Positions 46,196-58,105 of a stretch of DNA of 64,000 bases are shown one piece after another. The notes beneath the pieces were generated by a model that saw only the letters and a list, made by a program, of their open reading frames with translations, did no database searches and had not been told where the DNA came from. The translations under genes were made by a program, and so were the position numbers. Source of the stretch: Leucoraja erinacea (taxonomy: Eukaryota); the NCBI RefSeq assembly GCF_028641065.1, contig NC_073389.1:32984001-33048000 (forward strand), written 5' to 3'. The stretch's first letter is position 1, and every line of letters starts with the position of its first letter.

Positions 46196-47360
46196 GAAAA
46201 CAAGTCAACTAATTTTCTTTTGAGTTAACATGTCTGCTCTTACAGTATTGAGGTTACATTATTTTTATCACAATTGACACTGGTAAGTAATTTACTTAGC
46301 AAAAATTGAGCCAGAATACAGTCGACCCCTGCATTATAGCTGTTCAGGTAAAGGAAATCGGCTCTTGCAGAATTTGGAAACCACTACCCCGAACATTTGA
46401 GATACAAATGACACTTGTTCTTTATAGAAAATCAGAATAAGTAGCATGTTTCTTGGATCATCCCCTCCTTTCCCCCCGCCCTCACCTCCCAACCCCCAAG
46501 TAATGTGCGGAGGTGGATTTTGAGAATTGGTTTAAACATGGAATGGCACTGAGCTCAAGTAAATGTGTTCAAGACCACAGAGAAAACTCCTTTCAATCAA
46601 CTACCCATCTGTAGGGGAGGTGACAAAAATATAGTCATTTGGTTTGGAGGGGGTGGAAGCTAATTGTCTTTTCATTGATTGCTAAATGGATACAGAGACT
46701 GGCAAATGAAATTTGTAATTTAATGCTAGTTGCTGTCACGTGTGTGGTTGACAGTTTTGTTTAAGGCAAAGCAAAAAACAAACTGCTGAAGGAATTTGGT
46801 GGTTTAAACAGCATCTGGGTGGGAGTAGGGGAGGGGTTAGAAATTGTCAGTTCTGTCAATAATTCCTCCTGACAGATGCTGCTCGACCCTCTTCCTCCAG
46901 TTTTTTGGTACTTCACATTCCAGTGACCAGCCAACAGTTTTTCTCTCTAGACAAGTAAAAAAATTGTCTAAGAACCCAAATATAAATGTACCTTGGATAT
47001 CTTAAATAAGGAATAATAAAAATGAAATTTTGAGTTTGAAACTCTGTAGAATGAAAACACCCAGAAAAGCTTGCAGGCCTTCCTCATTAAATTCAACCAT
47101 TTGCACCCTTTTGTCTTCTCTATCTGGAGTCTTGGTTACTATCTCTATTCCAACCCCATTCCTTGTGGTGCAAATAGTTGGAGAGAGCAAGATTATTTAA
47201 GTATGCTGAATTGTTCATTATTCATCCGACTTATGGTTCATTTTCTTGGCTTTGAGGGATTTGCTATTTTGTGGCATGTTGAATGGGAATTTTGTGCTAC
47301 AGTTATGAGGTAAGCAGCATTTGCCATTTAACATTTTTTTTTTTCTTTTTCTTTTCTTAG

Positions 47361-47449
47361 GAATCCAAAAGCGGGATGCATCGAAGTGTTTCAAGATTAT
47401 TCATTTTGAAAGTGAAGTTGCTGTTGAAACTCGTGTTTGTGAACAATAA
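47361..47449 (+). CDS. ITM2B: ITM2B coding exon 6 (furin site and BRI peptide)
   Basis: GIQKR/DASKCFKIIHFESEVAVETRVCEQ*; long polypyrimidine tract; six exons total 783 nt (260 aa plus stop). Confidence 0.96.
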
Positions 47450-47852
47450 TTGCAGAAGACTCCATATTGAGCCCACAAAATCACTTTTTTTTCCCTTCGT
47501 GTGCAATGCATTTTTCATTATTTTTTTTTTAGTGTTGTAAACAGGGTTTACTTTTTGCAATTTTCCTCTCTGCTTAAATACTATCAGGTGTAAGATGCAA
47601 GTAGATGTCTAAAGGTATGGTAGTTTGTGAAAAGAGGATAATGCCAATATTTCTATTCATTTCAATAGTGGGCTGTATTATATTGGACTGGAATTAATAC
47701 TTTTTTGAATTGTGGGAAGAAACTGGAGATTCCCCACTTTTTTTTCTCAAATCTATTAATCTATATACTAGGCACTGGATGGGGGTGAAAGAGGAGAACA
47801 TAATATGGTAAAGGCATTTGACTAATTGCTGATTTTTGTGTATATAACCTAA

Positions 47853-47858
47853 AATAAA
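47853..47858 (+). promoter_or_regulatory. Candidate ITM2B polyadenylation signal AATAAA
   Basis: About 400 nt after the stop, followed by GT-rich sequence. Confidence 0.55.
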
Positions 47859-48033
47859 AAAATGTAAATGGTTCTGTATGTACTGAATATTTGCTGAACA
47901 CCTTTAACAAAAATATCCACTGTAGTTGCTCAGTTTGGACCCATCTAGTGCATAGCTTGGTGAGGGCTGTTGGAGAAAAACTGGAAAACCCAGATGAAGC
48001 TGTAAAATGCAGATGAGCGGTCACTGAAACGAG

Positions 48034-48244
48034 GATAGACAAAAAGCTGGAATAACTCAGCGGGACAGGCAGCATCTCTGGAGAGACGGAATGGGTGACA
48101 TTTCAGGTAGAGTCTGAAGAAGGATCTTAACCCGAAATGTCACCCATTCCGTCTCTCCAGAGATGCTGCCTGTCACGCTGAGTTACTCCCAACTTTTTGT
48201 GTCTATCTTTGGTTTAAACCAGCATCTGCAGTTCCTTTCTACAC
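48034..48244. mobile_element. Penelope-derived inverted-pair element with degenerate hammerhead
   Basis: Inverted arms 48034-48105 and 48130-48207; gtctgaagaaggatcttaacccgaaatgtc core. Confidence 0.85.
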
Positions 48245-48677
48245 TGAAACTAGGATGTTGTGAACTTGGCATTTCAGAGTATATGTGGAATGAGAAGGAT
48301 CAATGTTACAAATAAGTAACCGTGAAGCAGAATTGGCATGTTACAAACAGGAAAGTGAATTGCTTAAAATTATTGAATTCTTTATTGAGAATGGAACATG
48401 CATAGATGGAAGATGAGGTGCTATTCCTCAACTTGCATTGGGCTTCATTGAAATATTCAGGAGACCAACGCTTATTGCCCATACTTCATTAATCTGGAAG
48501 GTGATGAGCCACAAGTGTAAACTGCTGCAGTCCTGTTAAGGTAGTCAAGCAGCCCTGTTGAAGAATTCCAGTAATGTTCACAAAGGAACAGCAATGTATT
48601 AACATATCAGGCCAGTGTGCAATTCGAAGAGGAGCTTTCAGGTGAATGGTGTTTGCATGCACCTGAGACACTTGTCC

Positions 48678-49101
48678 TGTCGGAATAATTTACTTGAGAA
48701 GTGAGTGATTATCGAACTAGCTACTTTATTCGCAATAACTTGTCGGACAAGGAGAACAGTCAAACAAAAGACTGTTCTGCAGATTCAAAGCGTGCAGTAT
48801 TTTTATATCATATTTGATAGCATAAAAGCAAGGTTAATCACATATACTTGTTTACAGGGTTGACTATAGTGAACCAGCATTCAGTAACTTTCCATTGAAA
48901 AACAGGCTTCTTTATCTGTGTAGGAAGATTAGGGTGTCTAAATGTAGCCTTGAGTTCACTAGATCTTCCTTGTGTTTAGCAGGCTTGTTTTTGACCCTAT
49001 GGGCCACTGGCGCCAGGCATGTTTAGCCTAACTCTCAGAGGGTAATTCACTGGATTAAAGTGCAGTGCTGTCCATGTTACAACAGACCAGTTCTTCCCAC
49101 A
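48678..49101 (-). mobile_element. Solo LTR (424 bp)
   Basis: TG...CA termini, 4-bp TSD gtcc on both sides, minus-strand TATAAAAA near 48800, agaacagtc/gactgttct hairpin, AATAAA near 48725. Confidence 0.75.
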
Positions 49102-50659
49102 GTCCTTGGCTTTTGAGATTATCCTTGAATGATGCTATTGGAGGAACTGTATTTTGTATGTAGTGCACAATTGAGCCATTATCTGCTGGTGGATAGGATA
49201 CCCATCAAGCAGGATACTTTGTCCTGGATGTTGCAGCTGCACTTATTTGGGATAATGTGTGATCCTTGCTTGATTGAAACCCTCCTTGTGTATTATTTCT
49301 CATCGTGACCCCCCCCCCCATAATAGTTTCTAAATTCTTATCCTCCACCAATGTTTCGTACACCTATTTTTCTTTCATTATATTCTTTTATGTAAGGATT
49401 CATGGCTTTGGCCCTCTACCTGCCTTTTTTGTGATTCTAGCTTCCATCTCTCTGTTCCTTTTATAGCAGCTGCAGATCCTTTCTCATTCTTTGAAATGTT
49501 AGAAAATCTACTCATTCTATGTTAGAAATTCTACTTAAAATTATTCTTGGCCCTTACCCTGTGCTCAGTACTTTTTTTAAATAGCATATCTGTCCAAATG
49601 TTCTCCCACTGATTTTTGAGGTCACAGCTATCATACACAGCATTGCCTTTCTGGAACAAAACACAAATAACTGTGTGTGTGTGTGTAAGTAAGGCAACAT
49701 TTGTGGAGGTAATGAACAACCGATGCTTTGGTCTGAAGGAGGGTCCTGACCCAAAACGTTGCTATCTGCTTCCTCCACAGATGTTGCATGACCCAGAAGT
49801 TCTTCCAGCACTTTGTTTTGCTCTATATTCCAACATTTACAGTTCCTTGTGTCTCCAGTAACTTTCTAGTTTAAGAAATGATTACATTTTGAAAACTCCT
49901 TTAAATTAACCCGAAGAATATTTGGCTATGCATATTTTGAAATATTTGGAAATGCGCATGCCATTTCCCTGCACACTTACTTGTCACTATTTGTTTTTAA
50001 ACTCTTAACGAGATAAATTCTGTCCATGCCAAATTAAAGGATATCCACTTTTCCAATTTTAATCAGCACAGCCTCGCCTTTGTTTCCTTCTTGGAGTTCT
50101 GAATTGCAGGTGCTAGAAATGCAAAATAGAAGCAAAAATAAGTGTAAAATTACTGAGTGAGACAAATGGAGAGAAAGTGTGTGATAAAAGTGCAACCCAA
50201 AAGTGTCACGATACCAATTGCTTTATAAAAACAAAATTGTCAACAAGAGGTGAAAAAAAGAAATCTAAAAACTCTCTTGACAGAGGAGAGAGGGCGGTTA
50301 CCTGAAGATGCCAAAGTGGCAACATAGCCGGATAGAAGGCTAGATGCTTTTACTTGATTCTATGTTGGGCATCGTTGCAGCAACATGGGAGGATGGAGAG
50401 GCAATACAGAATTAAAGTGACAAGCTTCTGAAATTTCAGTCATCTTGCAGACTGGTGTTTTCAATGGGTGGCGTTCTCTGCATTTGTCCTGCTAAATACT
50501 GAGCTGCTTCTGTTACGCTGTTTAAATTCTCAACCTTCTCACCAGCATGATCCTTAAACTATTCAGACTGTTCTGTGACATTTTTAGATACAACTTCTGA
50601 CTTTCCAGCACTTGTTCTACAGTCAGAACCTTCCGCATTTCTGCACGGACTTCAAATAT

Positions 50660-51193
50660 TGAGGTAGACAAAAATGCTGGGGAAACTCAGTGGGTGAGGC
50701 AGCATCTATGGAGCGAAGGAAATGGGCAACGTTTCGGGTCGAGACCCTGCTTCAGACTGATGTGAGGGTGGGGGGAGGGGCGGGAAGAAGAAAGGAAGCG
50801 GCTGAGACAGTGGGCTGAGGGAGAGCTGAGAAGGGGAGGAGAAAGCAGGGACTACTTGAAATTAGAGAAGTCAATGTTCATACCACTGGGGTGTAAACTG
50901 CCCAAGCGAAATATGAGGTGCTGCTCCTCCAATTTACGGTGGTCCTTACTCTGGCCATGGAGGAAGCCCAGGACAGAAAGGTCAGATTCGGAATGGGAGG
51001 GGGAGTTGAAGTGCTGAACCACCGGGAGATCAGGTAGGTTAATGCAAACCGAGCAGAGGTGATGGGCTAAGCGATCGCCTAGCCTATTCTTGGTCTCACT
51101 GATGTAGAGCAGCTGACACCTAGAGTAGCGGGTGCAATAGATGGGGTTGGAGGAGGTGCAGGTGAACCTCTGCCGCACCTGGAAAGACTGCAA
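50660..51193 (-). mobile_element. Penelope-like element fragment: GIY-YIG endonuclease C-terminus plus 3' pLTR with hammerhead
   Basis: ORF 50852-51193 FTCTSSN.IYC..C.LLYI.ET...RL..H...HFN..H...E..LIF.L..L.P.GMN is a Penelope GIY-YIG domain; hammerhead-like core on the same strand at 50728-50755. Confidence 0.9.
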
Positions 51194-51424
51194 ATATTCA
51201 GAGCTCTTCTTTGCTCTGTCAGTAAATGGTATCCCTTTCCTGCACTAATTAAAGCCTTAAACCCTGTCTATTACATTGTTTAAGCTGTTACAGTCACTCT
51301 CACCTGCAAGCTTTGAACTCTAGCACTCATGCATGGTCTTTGATACCTGAGGCTGCCGTGCTCGTGCCTTCCCAGTAAACGTTCATTGGCTCTTTCTGTT
51401 GAACCCTTAAAATCTCCTAATATG

Positions 51425-51845
51425 TCATGGAGCAGCTGGGCTTGTACACTTTGGAGTTTAGAAGGATGAGAGGGAACCTCATTGAAACATATAAGATTGT
51501 TAAGGGTTTGGACACGCTAGAGGCAGGAAACATGTTGGGACCAGAACCAGGGGCCACAGTTTAAGAATAAGGAGTAAGCCATTTAGAACGGAGACGAGGA
51601 AACACTTTTTCTCACAGAGAGTAGTGAGTCTGTGGAATTCTCTGCTTCAGAGGGCAGTGGAGGCGGGTTCTCTGGATGCTTTCACGAGCGAGCTAGATAG
51701 GGCTCTTAAAAATAGTGGAGTCGGGGGATATGGGGAGAAGGCTAGAACGGGGTACTGATTGGGGATGATCAGCCATGATCACATTGAATGGCGGTGCTGG
51801 ATCTGAAGGGCCAAATGGCCTACTCCTGCACCTATTGTCTTTTGT
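51425..51845 (+). mobile_element. CR1 3' fragment
   Basis: Closely similar to 9710-10130 and 21415-21830. Confidence 0.9.
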
Positions 51846-51882
51846 CATTACTGCACTGTCAATTAAGCTTTATTATGCTATA

Positions 51883-52155
51883 TGTTTAGTTTGGAAATAA
51901 AGCATAGAAATAGGTACTTCGGCCCACAGAGACCACCCCGATCATCGTTCACACTAGTTCCATATCTCACTCCCCACACATTGCGGGCAATTCAAAGGCC
52001 AATTAACCTATGCACCCGCATGTCTTTCAGATAAGGGTGGAAACCAAAGCACCCAGAGGAAAACCATGGGAAAAAGGTACAGCAGAGGTCAGATGTGAAC
52101 TCGGGTCCCTGGCACTGAGAGGCAGCACATCTACAAACAACACCACTGGGCCACC
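51883..52155 (-). mobile_element. Degenerate V-SINE
   Basis: gtttagttt tail and gaactcgggtccctggcactg head as in 17716-18023. Confidence 0.65.
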
Positions 52156-53599
52156 TATCTTTAATCTTTCACTACTTCCTTCTGCTCAGTGTTTCCACTT
52201 TGAAGGAAATTACCCAAAATTTGGGAAATTCTGGTTGTCTTCTGGTAATTTTAGGGAAATTAAATAATTTCAGGAAATTTCCGCATCTGGCCCGCGAGGA
52301 GGTGTAAAGGTAATACATGCAGCACTACCAGTTTGGCGCGCAAAGATTTAAACAGAGCACTGTCATTTTAACGCGTGGGAATTTAAACATAGAGCTGTTG
52401 GCTGCAGCGCTATGGGCTTAACACATAGCGCTGTGGCCATAGCGCTATGGGTCACAGACTGTTCAGGAAAATTGTCGTATAACAATGAGTCTGGAATTTT
52501 CTTTCTCAGTGGAAGTTGAGCCTTTGATTATTTTTCAGGCAGTGGTAGAATTCTGGATAAGGATAGTGGTGAAAGATTACCAGTGGGATTGCAGTTACAT
52601 TGGGATTGGCCTTGATTTTACATAACAGTGGGTGGGCTCAAGGGGCAGAGTGGGATGGATAGAGGGAGGGGGGGAGAAAGGGAAAGAGGGAATAAGAGGG
52701 GGAGGGGAAAAAAAGGAAGGAGAGGGATGCGGGGGGAGAGGGATGCGGAGGGAGCAAGAGACGAAGGGAGGGAAGGAGAGTGGGAGTGAGCAGAGAGACA
52801 CATGAGAGCAGGTTGAAAAAACGAAGATAACGAAAGCTGTTGGAGGCAACGAAAGCTGAATTGCATAACACTGTACAAGTGAGTGACAGAAGCAGGCAGA
52901 TACGGTGTAGTTGCATAGATCTGTTTTGCCTTGTTCTTTGTGTTAACATGTGCCCGCAAAAAAAACCCAACAACAAAAAGCACGCAGGAAGCATTTTGTA
53001 AATTTCAGGAAATAACAAATTCCAAAAAATTTGGGGATTCTATTTCAGGTTAAAAAAAAAAATGAAATGTGGAAGCACTGCCTCTGCTGCACTTATTAAA
53101 CTCCCACAGTTTCCTCTAACTCTCGGGCTCTCTCCTGTACTCTTTGAACTCTATGATTCCCTCTCTCATTCACTATCTTAATTTTTGTTGTTGTTTAAAC
53201 AGGAATAGTTACACCTGCACAAAAATGATGCACAATGGTTTTCTAAATCTATGTTGAGGAACTAAATGGGGAAAAGATTAAATTGGGTCTTGTGCAATTA
53301 AAGTACTCATTGATAATTTTGACGTAATTGAGCATTTTGGAAAGAATTATCATAATTGGTAGAATTTTACAGTGAGTTAGGTAATATTGATCAGTCTGAA
53401 ATTGGAAAATACATTGACTGATTTGAGTGTTAAGGCAATGATGAGCGTTAAAAAAAAAATACTCCAAGGCTCAAAGACTGGGGAAAAGTGGTTGATAGAA
53501 AATGAGGGGAAAAATAATTGCAGGTGCTGGATATCTTAAAAATAGAATATGCCATCAAATCAGGCAGCATTTCTGAAAATAGAAACATCTAAGATCCTT

Positions 53600-55570
53600 C
53601 ATCAGAACTGGGGGAAAAAGAGATAGTGGAGAAAAATATGCGGTGAAGAAAAAGTAGTCCATTCATGACAGGTGAAATAAAATATAATATTAAATCCAGG
53701 GAAAAAACTATAAATATGTTTGAAACACCTGAAGGCTTGAGGATTCTCAGTATTTTAAAACAGTAAAGAAATACCAAAACCTTGATTGAGAAAGTCAAGG
53801 TAGAACAAGAGTAAATGAGCAAGAAACATAAAAAGAAACTTGTGCTTCCATTGGTGTGCAAATAAGGAAAAGACTGGTGTGTCTTTAAAAAAAAAAAAGG
53901 TGCTTTAGACGGATGCAGGAGAATTTATCGAGAGTAAGAAAGTGATAGAAAAATTAGAAAAAAAACTCAGACTGCCAGAAATACTAGAGAAACAAGAATT
54001 CAGCAAGAATAGGCAACTGAAGAAAATAAGTATTTAAAAAGAATTACTAGAGGTTGATAAAACTAAGGTTGGTAAATTCTAAGAAGCCAATGGGCTGTAC
54101 CAGAACATTATAAATTAAGTAGCTATAAAGTTAGTAAATGATTATCATTTTCACAAAAATCAGCAGAATCTGAAATTGTTTCTATGGAATGTTTTCTAAA
54201 AAAATAAATAAATAAAAAGTATGTGAGAGAAAATGGGGAATTACTGACCCATTAGCCTAACTAATGTTACCAACGGGGAAAATGTTGGAGACATAATGAT
54301 GTAATAACAGAATATTTTCAAATGAATAATAGAATGAGTCGGCATGGATTTATGGGGACAAAATCATGTTTGACTGGAGTTGTTTGAGAATGTGACCTGT
54401 ATAAATGATAAGAGGGAATCGCAAAATAAGCTGCAATTGGATTTTTAGGTTTTGATAGATCCCATACATGTGGTTGGTTAACAAAGTTGGAGTTTGGACT
54501 AATGTACTGACATAGATTGAGAATTGATTAATGGAGCCAAGTGTAGGAATAAACACAGCTGTAATTTCTACATGATGCAACCAAAATGTACAAAAATGGC
54601 CTTTAATAAAATCTGACAATGTGCACTTTGACCACATGTGATTTTTTTTTTTTCTATTACAAATCTCAAATTGTTGAGTACAGAGGCAAATAAATGATGG
54701 TCTTTGTCCCAAACATTATGAAGGGTGCTGTACTTCAGGTCATAAAAACAGATAATCATGTTTTAATGGCAAGAGAGGGCGGTGCTGATGGGTGAACTTA
54801 TACACATCCCTGAAAGCTAGGCGATTTAGGAAGGGAAACGATGTGTAGGATCAATGAGCAAATTTCAGAACAGGAGTACAGGTGTCTTTTTTGCAATTAC
54901 AATAGGGTGTTAAATGTAGTTTTACTCTCCTTAACCAAAAATCTATCGACTTGCCAATAGTTCAAGGAAAATTCACTGGACGAATTCACTTAATTCATGG
55001 GAGGTTTGTCTCCTCATATGGCAAACCTATTATATTAACTTACTAATATAGTAGGTTTTCTACATTAGAAGACCTAGCTAATGTAGGTGTAGTAAAAGCA
55101 CGTCTCCTAATGTGGCAAAGCTACCATATTCCTGGGATGATAGATTTGCCCCTTTAGGAAACTAGACAAGGCCAGTTGTTTAGAAGAATAAGAGATCTCA
55201 CAAAAAACAGAATTCTTAAAATGATCAATGTTATGTATGCAGGGAAGATGCTTCCACTAAGTCAGGCATCTCAACCCACGAATCAGTTACAGAAAATGCC
55301 ATTTAGGATGAAAAGATATGTGCTCTCATACTGGTGAATCTTTGGAATTCCCTATCCCAGAGTACTGTGGAGATTCAGTCATTTACTTCATTCAAGGGGT
55401 GGGAGATTGCAACCTTCACGTGGTCCACCCTGTTTCGACGAATGCAATCAACCTGGCGTGCACAATCAAATAAGATCAAATTGAACAAGTTGTTCTACAA
55501 CTATAGTCTGTGCACGCCATACGCAAGAAGACTTCATTAGAGTGGATTTCTGAATATTAAGGGTTCCAAG
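53600..55570 (+). mobile_element. Old, highly degenerate CR1 with nested insertions
   Basis: Remnants of NY.PISLT, HGF...KSC.T and VNLWNSL motifs; Tc1-like end at 54540-54732. Confidence 0.6.
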
Positions 55571-55985
55571 GGACACGTGGTTAATATATGAAAGTGGCGT
55601 TGAAATGGAAAATAAAACTAACACTGATACGTGGTGGATTAGATTCTCTTACGCTCTTCACTGACCACTTTCCATGCAGTTCGACAAAGTACACACAACA
55701 GTACAACACAAATAGGCTTATAATCGTAATTTATGAGCCAAGTAATTTTTGCAACATGAGAAATTTGGTTTGGCATACAGTCATAACAAGAAAGCAACAG
55801 GCCACACAACTACATAAAATGGACACAAACATCCACCACAGCGTTTCCGCCATATTCCCCACTGTGATGGAAGGCAATAAGGTCTTATCTTCTTACCTCC
55901 AGCGGTCGGGGGAGTCGAACCATCCGCAACCGGCGATCGAGCTCCCTCGTCGGGACGATCTATACCTCAATACCTGTGCTGAATA

Positions 55986-56725
55986 GGGAGGTTTCACGGA
56001 AATCGGGTCATGACCCATACTGTTGCGACGCTACTCCAAATGGAGTACACGCGATGAACGGCAGGTAAGCACTTACCATTGTTTCCAGAGTAGCGGGCCC
56101 GTTAAAACCCGCCGAAATTGTCAATTTTTGCGATGTAAATAATTATGGAAATCAGGATAAACGTGTGAGACATTTAGCCTACTTCAAAATTCCAAAAGTG
56201 AGGAGAAATTACGGTTTGTAAATTTTTTTAAATCGCCCATGGTTCTCGTGGGGTTTTACATACAAAAAGAAAACGCATCTGAAGAAAAAATTACAGCCAG
56301 ATTTATGACTTCTGAAACTTTTTAGATACCAAAGGAATCAAGAAAAACTCAAATAATGCCTTACCGTTGATGAAATGCAGTGAGCAAACGCGATAATTCC
56401 CAAGATTTTCAATTCCGATATCTGCGCGGCCAATGTTTACCAAGCACTTTAGCTGCTGTTGTCCCTTCAGCTCTGCTTCTCTTTACCTTCATTTCGCTTC
56501 ACGTTTGGAATTCTAAAGTTGGGTACATGTCCTTCACACTTACCCCAACTTCCGCAATTTTTTTTCAGCGCAAAAATTCAACATTTTGGCGGTTTTTAAC
56601 ACATAGGAAAGTACGCGTTTCTAGCATTAATAACATATGCCGGAAGTTACGGATGTCCTCCAAGATGGATTGTGTGGCTCCGTGCGTCAAGCCCTATGAC
56701 CCAGTGACCTTACGTGCAACCCCCC
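55986..56725. mobile_element. Asymmetric member of the TATA-target transposon family
   Basis: aata|GGGAGGTTTCACG ... CGTGCAACCCCCC|tata; shares gatgaaat.cag.gagcaaacgcgataattccc with the palindromic element. Confidence 0.7.
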
Positions 56726-57254
56726 TATACGACGCCAAGTTAAACTAATCATCTCTGCCTGCACTTGATCTATGTCCCACTATTCCCTGCATATCCATGT
56801 GCTTATCTATATCTCTTAAATGCATTTTCATATCAGCCTCCACCTCCACTCACAGTGTGTGCCAGGCATCCACCTGTGCGTAAAACAAAACTTGCCTACA
56901 CATTTAAATGTTGCCCTCTCACCTTAAAACTATGCTCTCTAGTCTGACATTTGCACCATGGAGAAAAGGTTCTGACCATCTACCCCTATTTATACCTCTC
57001 GTAAATCTGGACCCTCACCAAAGCCTCCACATCCTTCTTGTAACGGAGCAAACAGAACTGCACCCAATACGTCAAATGGGACCTAACCAAACTCAAATGA
57101 AGCTGCAAAATACTTCCCGAGTCATATTCAATGCCCCGACCGATGAGACACCTATTTCATCAGAGCAATATTCACCATTTACAAAAAAACAGGCTTATAC
57201 CAAATGTTCGGATCTCCCTTCTAGTGAAATAAACCATCCAATCTTCTACAGCAG

Positions 57255-57570
57255 ATAATATGAATATTGATTTCTCAAACTTCAAACTTCCCTCTCCGTC
57301 CCTCCCCCACCCCAGTTCTCCGGTTAGCTTCACTGTCCTTCTGATTAATTTTACAGTTTGTCTGCCTCCTTGTCATCTTCCCACTAGCTAACAATGAACC
57401 ATTCCGCATTTCCTTAGCATTCGCCCGCTTTATCTGTCGTTTTCACACCTTACCCTTTCGTATCTCTAGACTCTCAGTATGAAGAAGGGTCTCGATCCCA
57501 AACGCCACCCATTCCTTCTCTCCAGAGATGCTGCCTGACCCGCTGAGTTGCCCCAGCTTTGTGTGTGACT
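57255..57570 (+). mobile_element. Penelope-like element 3' fragment
   Basis: Starts with MNIDFSNFK coding (same as the end of ORF 50852-51193), then pLTR with a degenerate hammerhead at 57478-57510. Confidence 0.8.
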
Positions 57571-57572
57571 AG

Positions 57573-57795
57573 GGTTACACAGAAAAGCTGGAGAAACTCA
57601 GCGGGGGCAGCAGCATCTATGGAGCGAAGGAAATAGGCAACGTTTCGGGCCGAAACCCTTCTTCAGACTGAAGAAGGGTTTCGGCCCGAAACGTTGCCTA
57701 TTTCCTTCGCTCCATAGATGCTGCTGCACCCGCTGAGTTTCTCCAGCTTTTCTGTGTAACCTTCGATACTCCAGCATCTGCAGTTCCCTCTTAAA
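57573..57795. mobile_element. Penelope-derived palindromic element (94-bp arms, 1-nt spacer, plus tail)
   Basis: 57573-57666 and 57668-57761 are reverse complements with one mismatch. Confidence 0.9.
57639..57695. ncRNA. Back-to-back pair of minimal hammerhead cores, one on each strand
   Basis: CUGAAGA-A-GGGU(UUCG)GCCC-GAAA-CG-UU at 57668-57695 (+) and 57666-57639 (-). Confidence 0.6.
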
Positions 57796-57873
57796 AACTT
57801 TGTGTGTGACTATCTTCGGTGCAAACCAACACCTCTCCCCTACACAAGCTTCCACAGTCACCGGCGGTGCTAA

Positions 57874-57944
57874 GGAAGTGACGTAGAGATAACGCAACCA
57901 GAGACGGCAGTGCACGAGCCGGAAGCGGCGAGCGTTTGGCGCGG
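57874..57944 (+). promoter_or_regulatory. RB1-type core promoter: ETS/ATF composite, second ETS site and E2F site
   Basis: GGAAGTGACGT 57874-57884, CCGGAAG 57919-57925, TTTGGCGCGG 57935-57944, within a CpG island. Confidence 0.7.
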
Positions 57945-58040
57945 TTTGGAAGCTCAGTCGGTTTGGGAGAGCGGTGGTGACTTTCAAACGTTTGAAGTAC
58001 CGGTCTCGAGCCTGCGGTCGCTGGCCATTGAGCTCGCGCT

Positions 58041-58105
58041 ATGCATCCCAAGCACTCGAAGAAAGTCGCCGTGTCTGACTCTGAAGAAAGCAGCTCTCCT
58101 ACCAG
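58041..58105 (+). CDS. RB1: Probable retinoblastoma protein coding exon 1
   Basis: MHPKHSKKVAVSDSEESSSPT(R) resembles the MPPK..RK start; phase-2 AG|gtgag donor as in human RB1 exon 1; MED4-ITM2B-RB1 synteny and promoter motifs; exon 2 not seen in the window. Confidence 0.6.
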
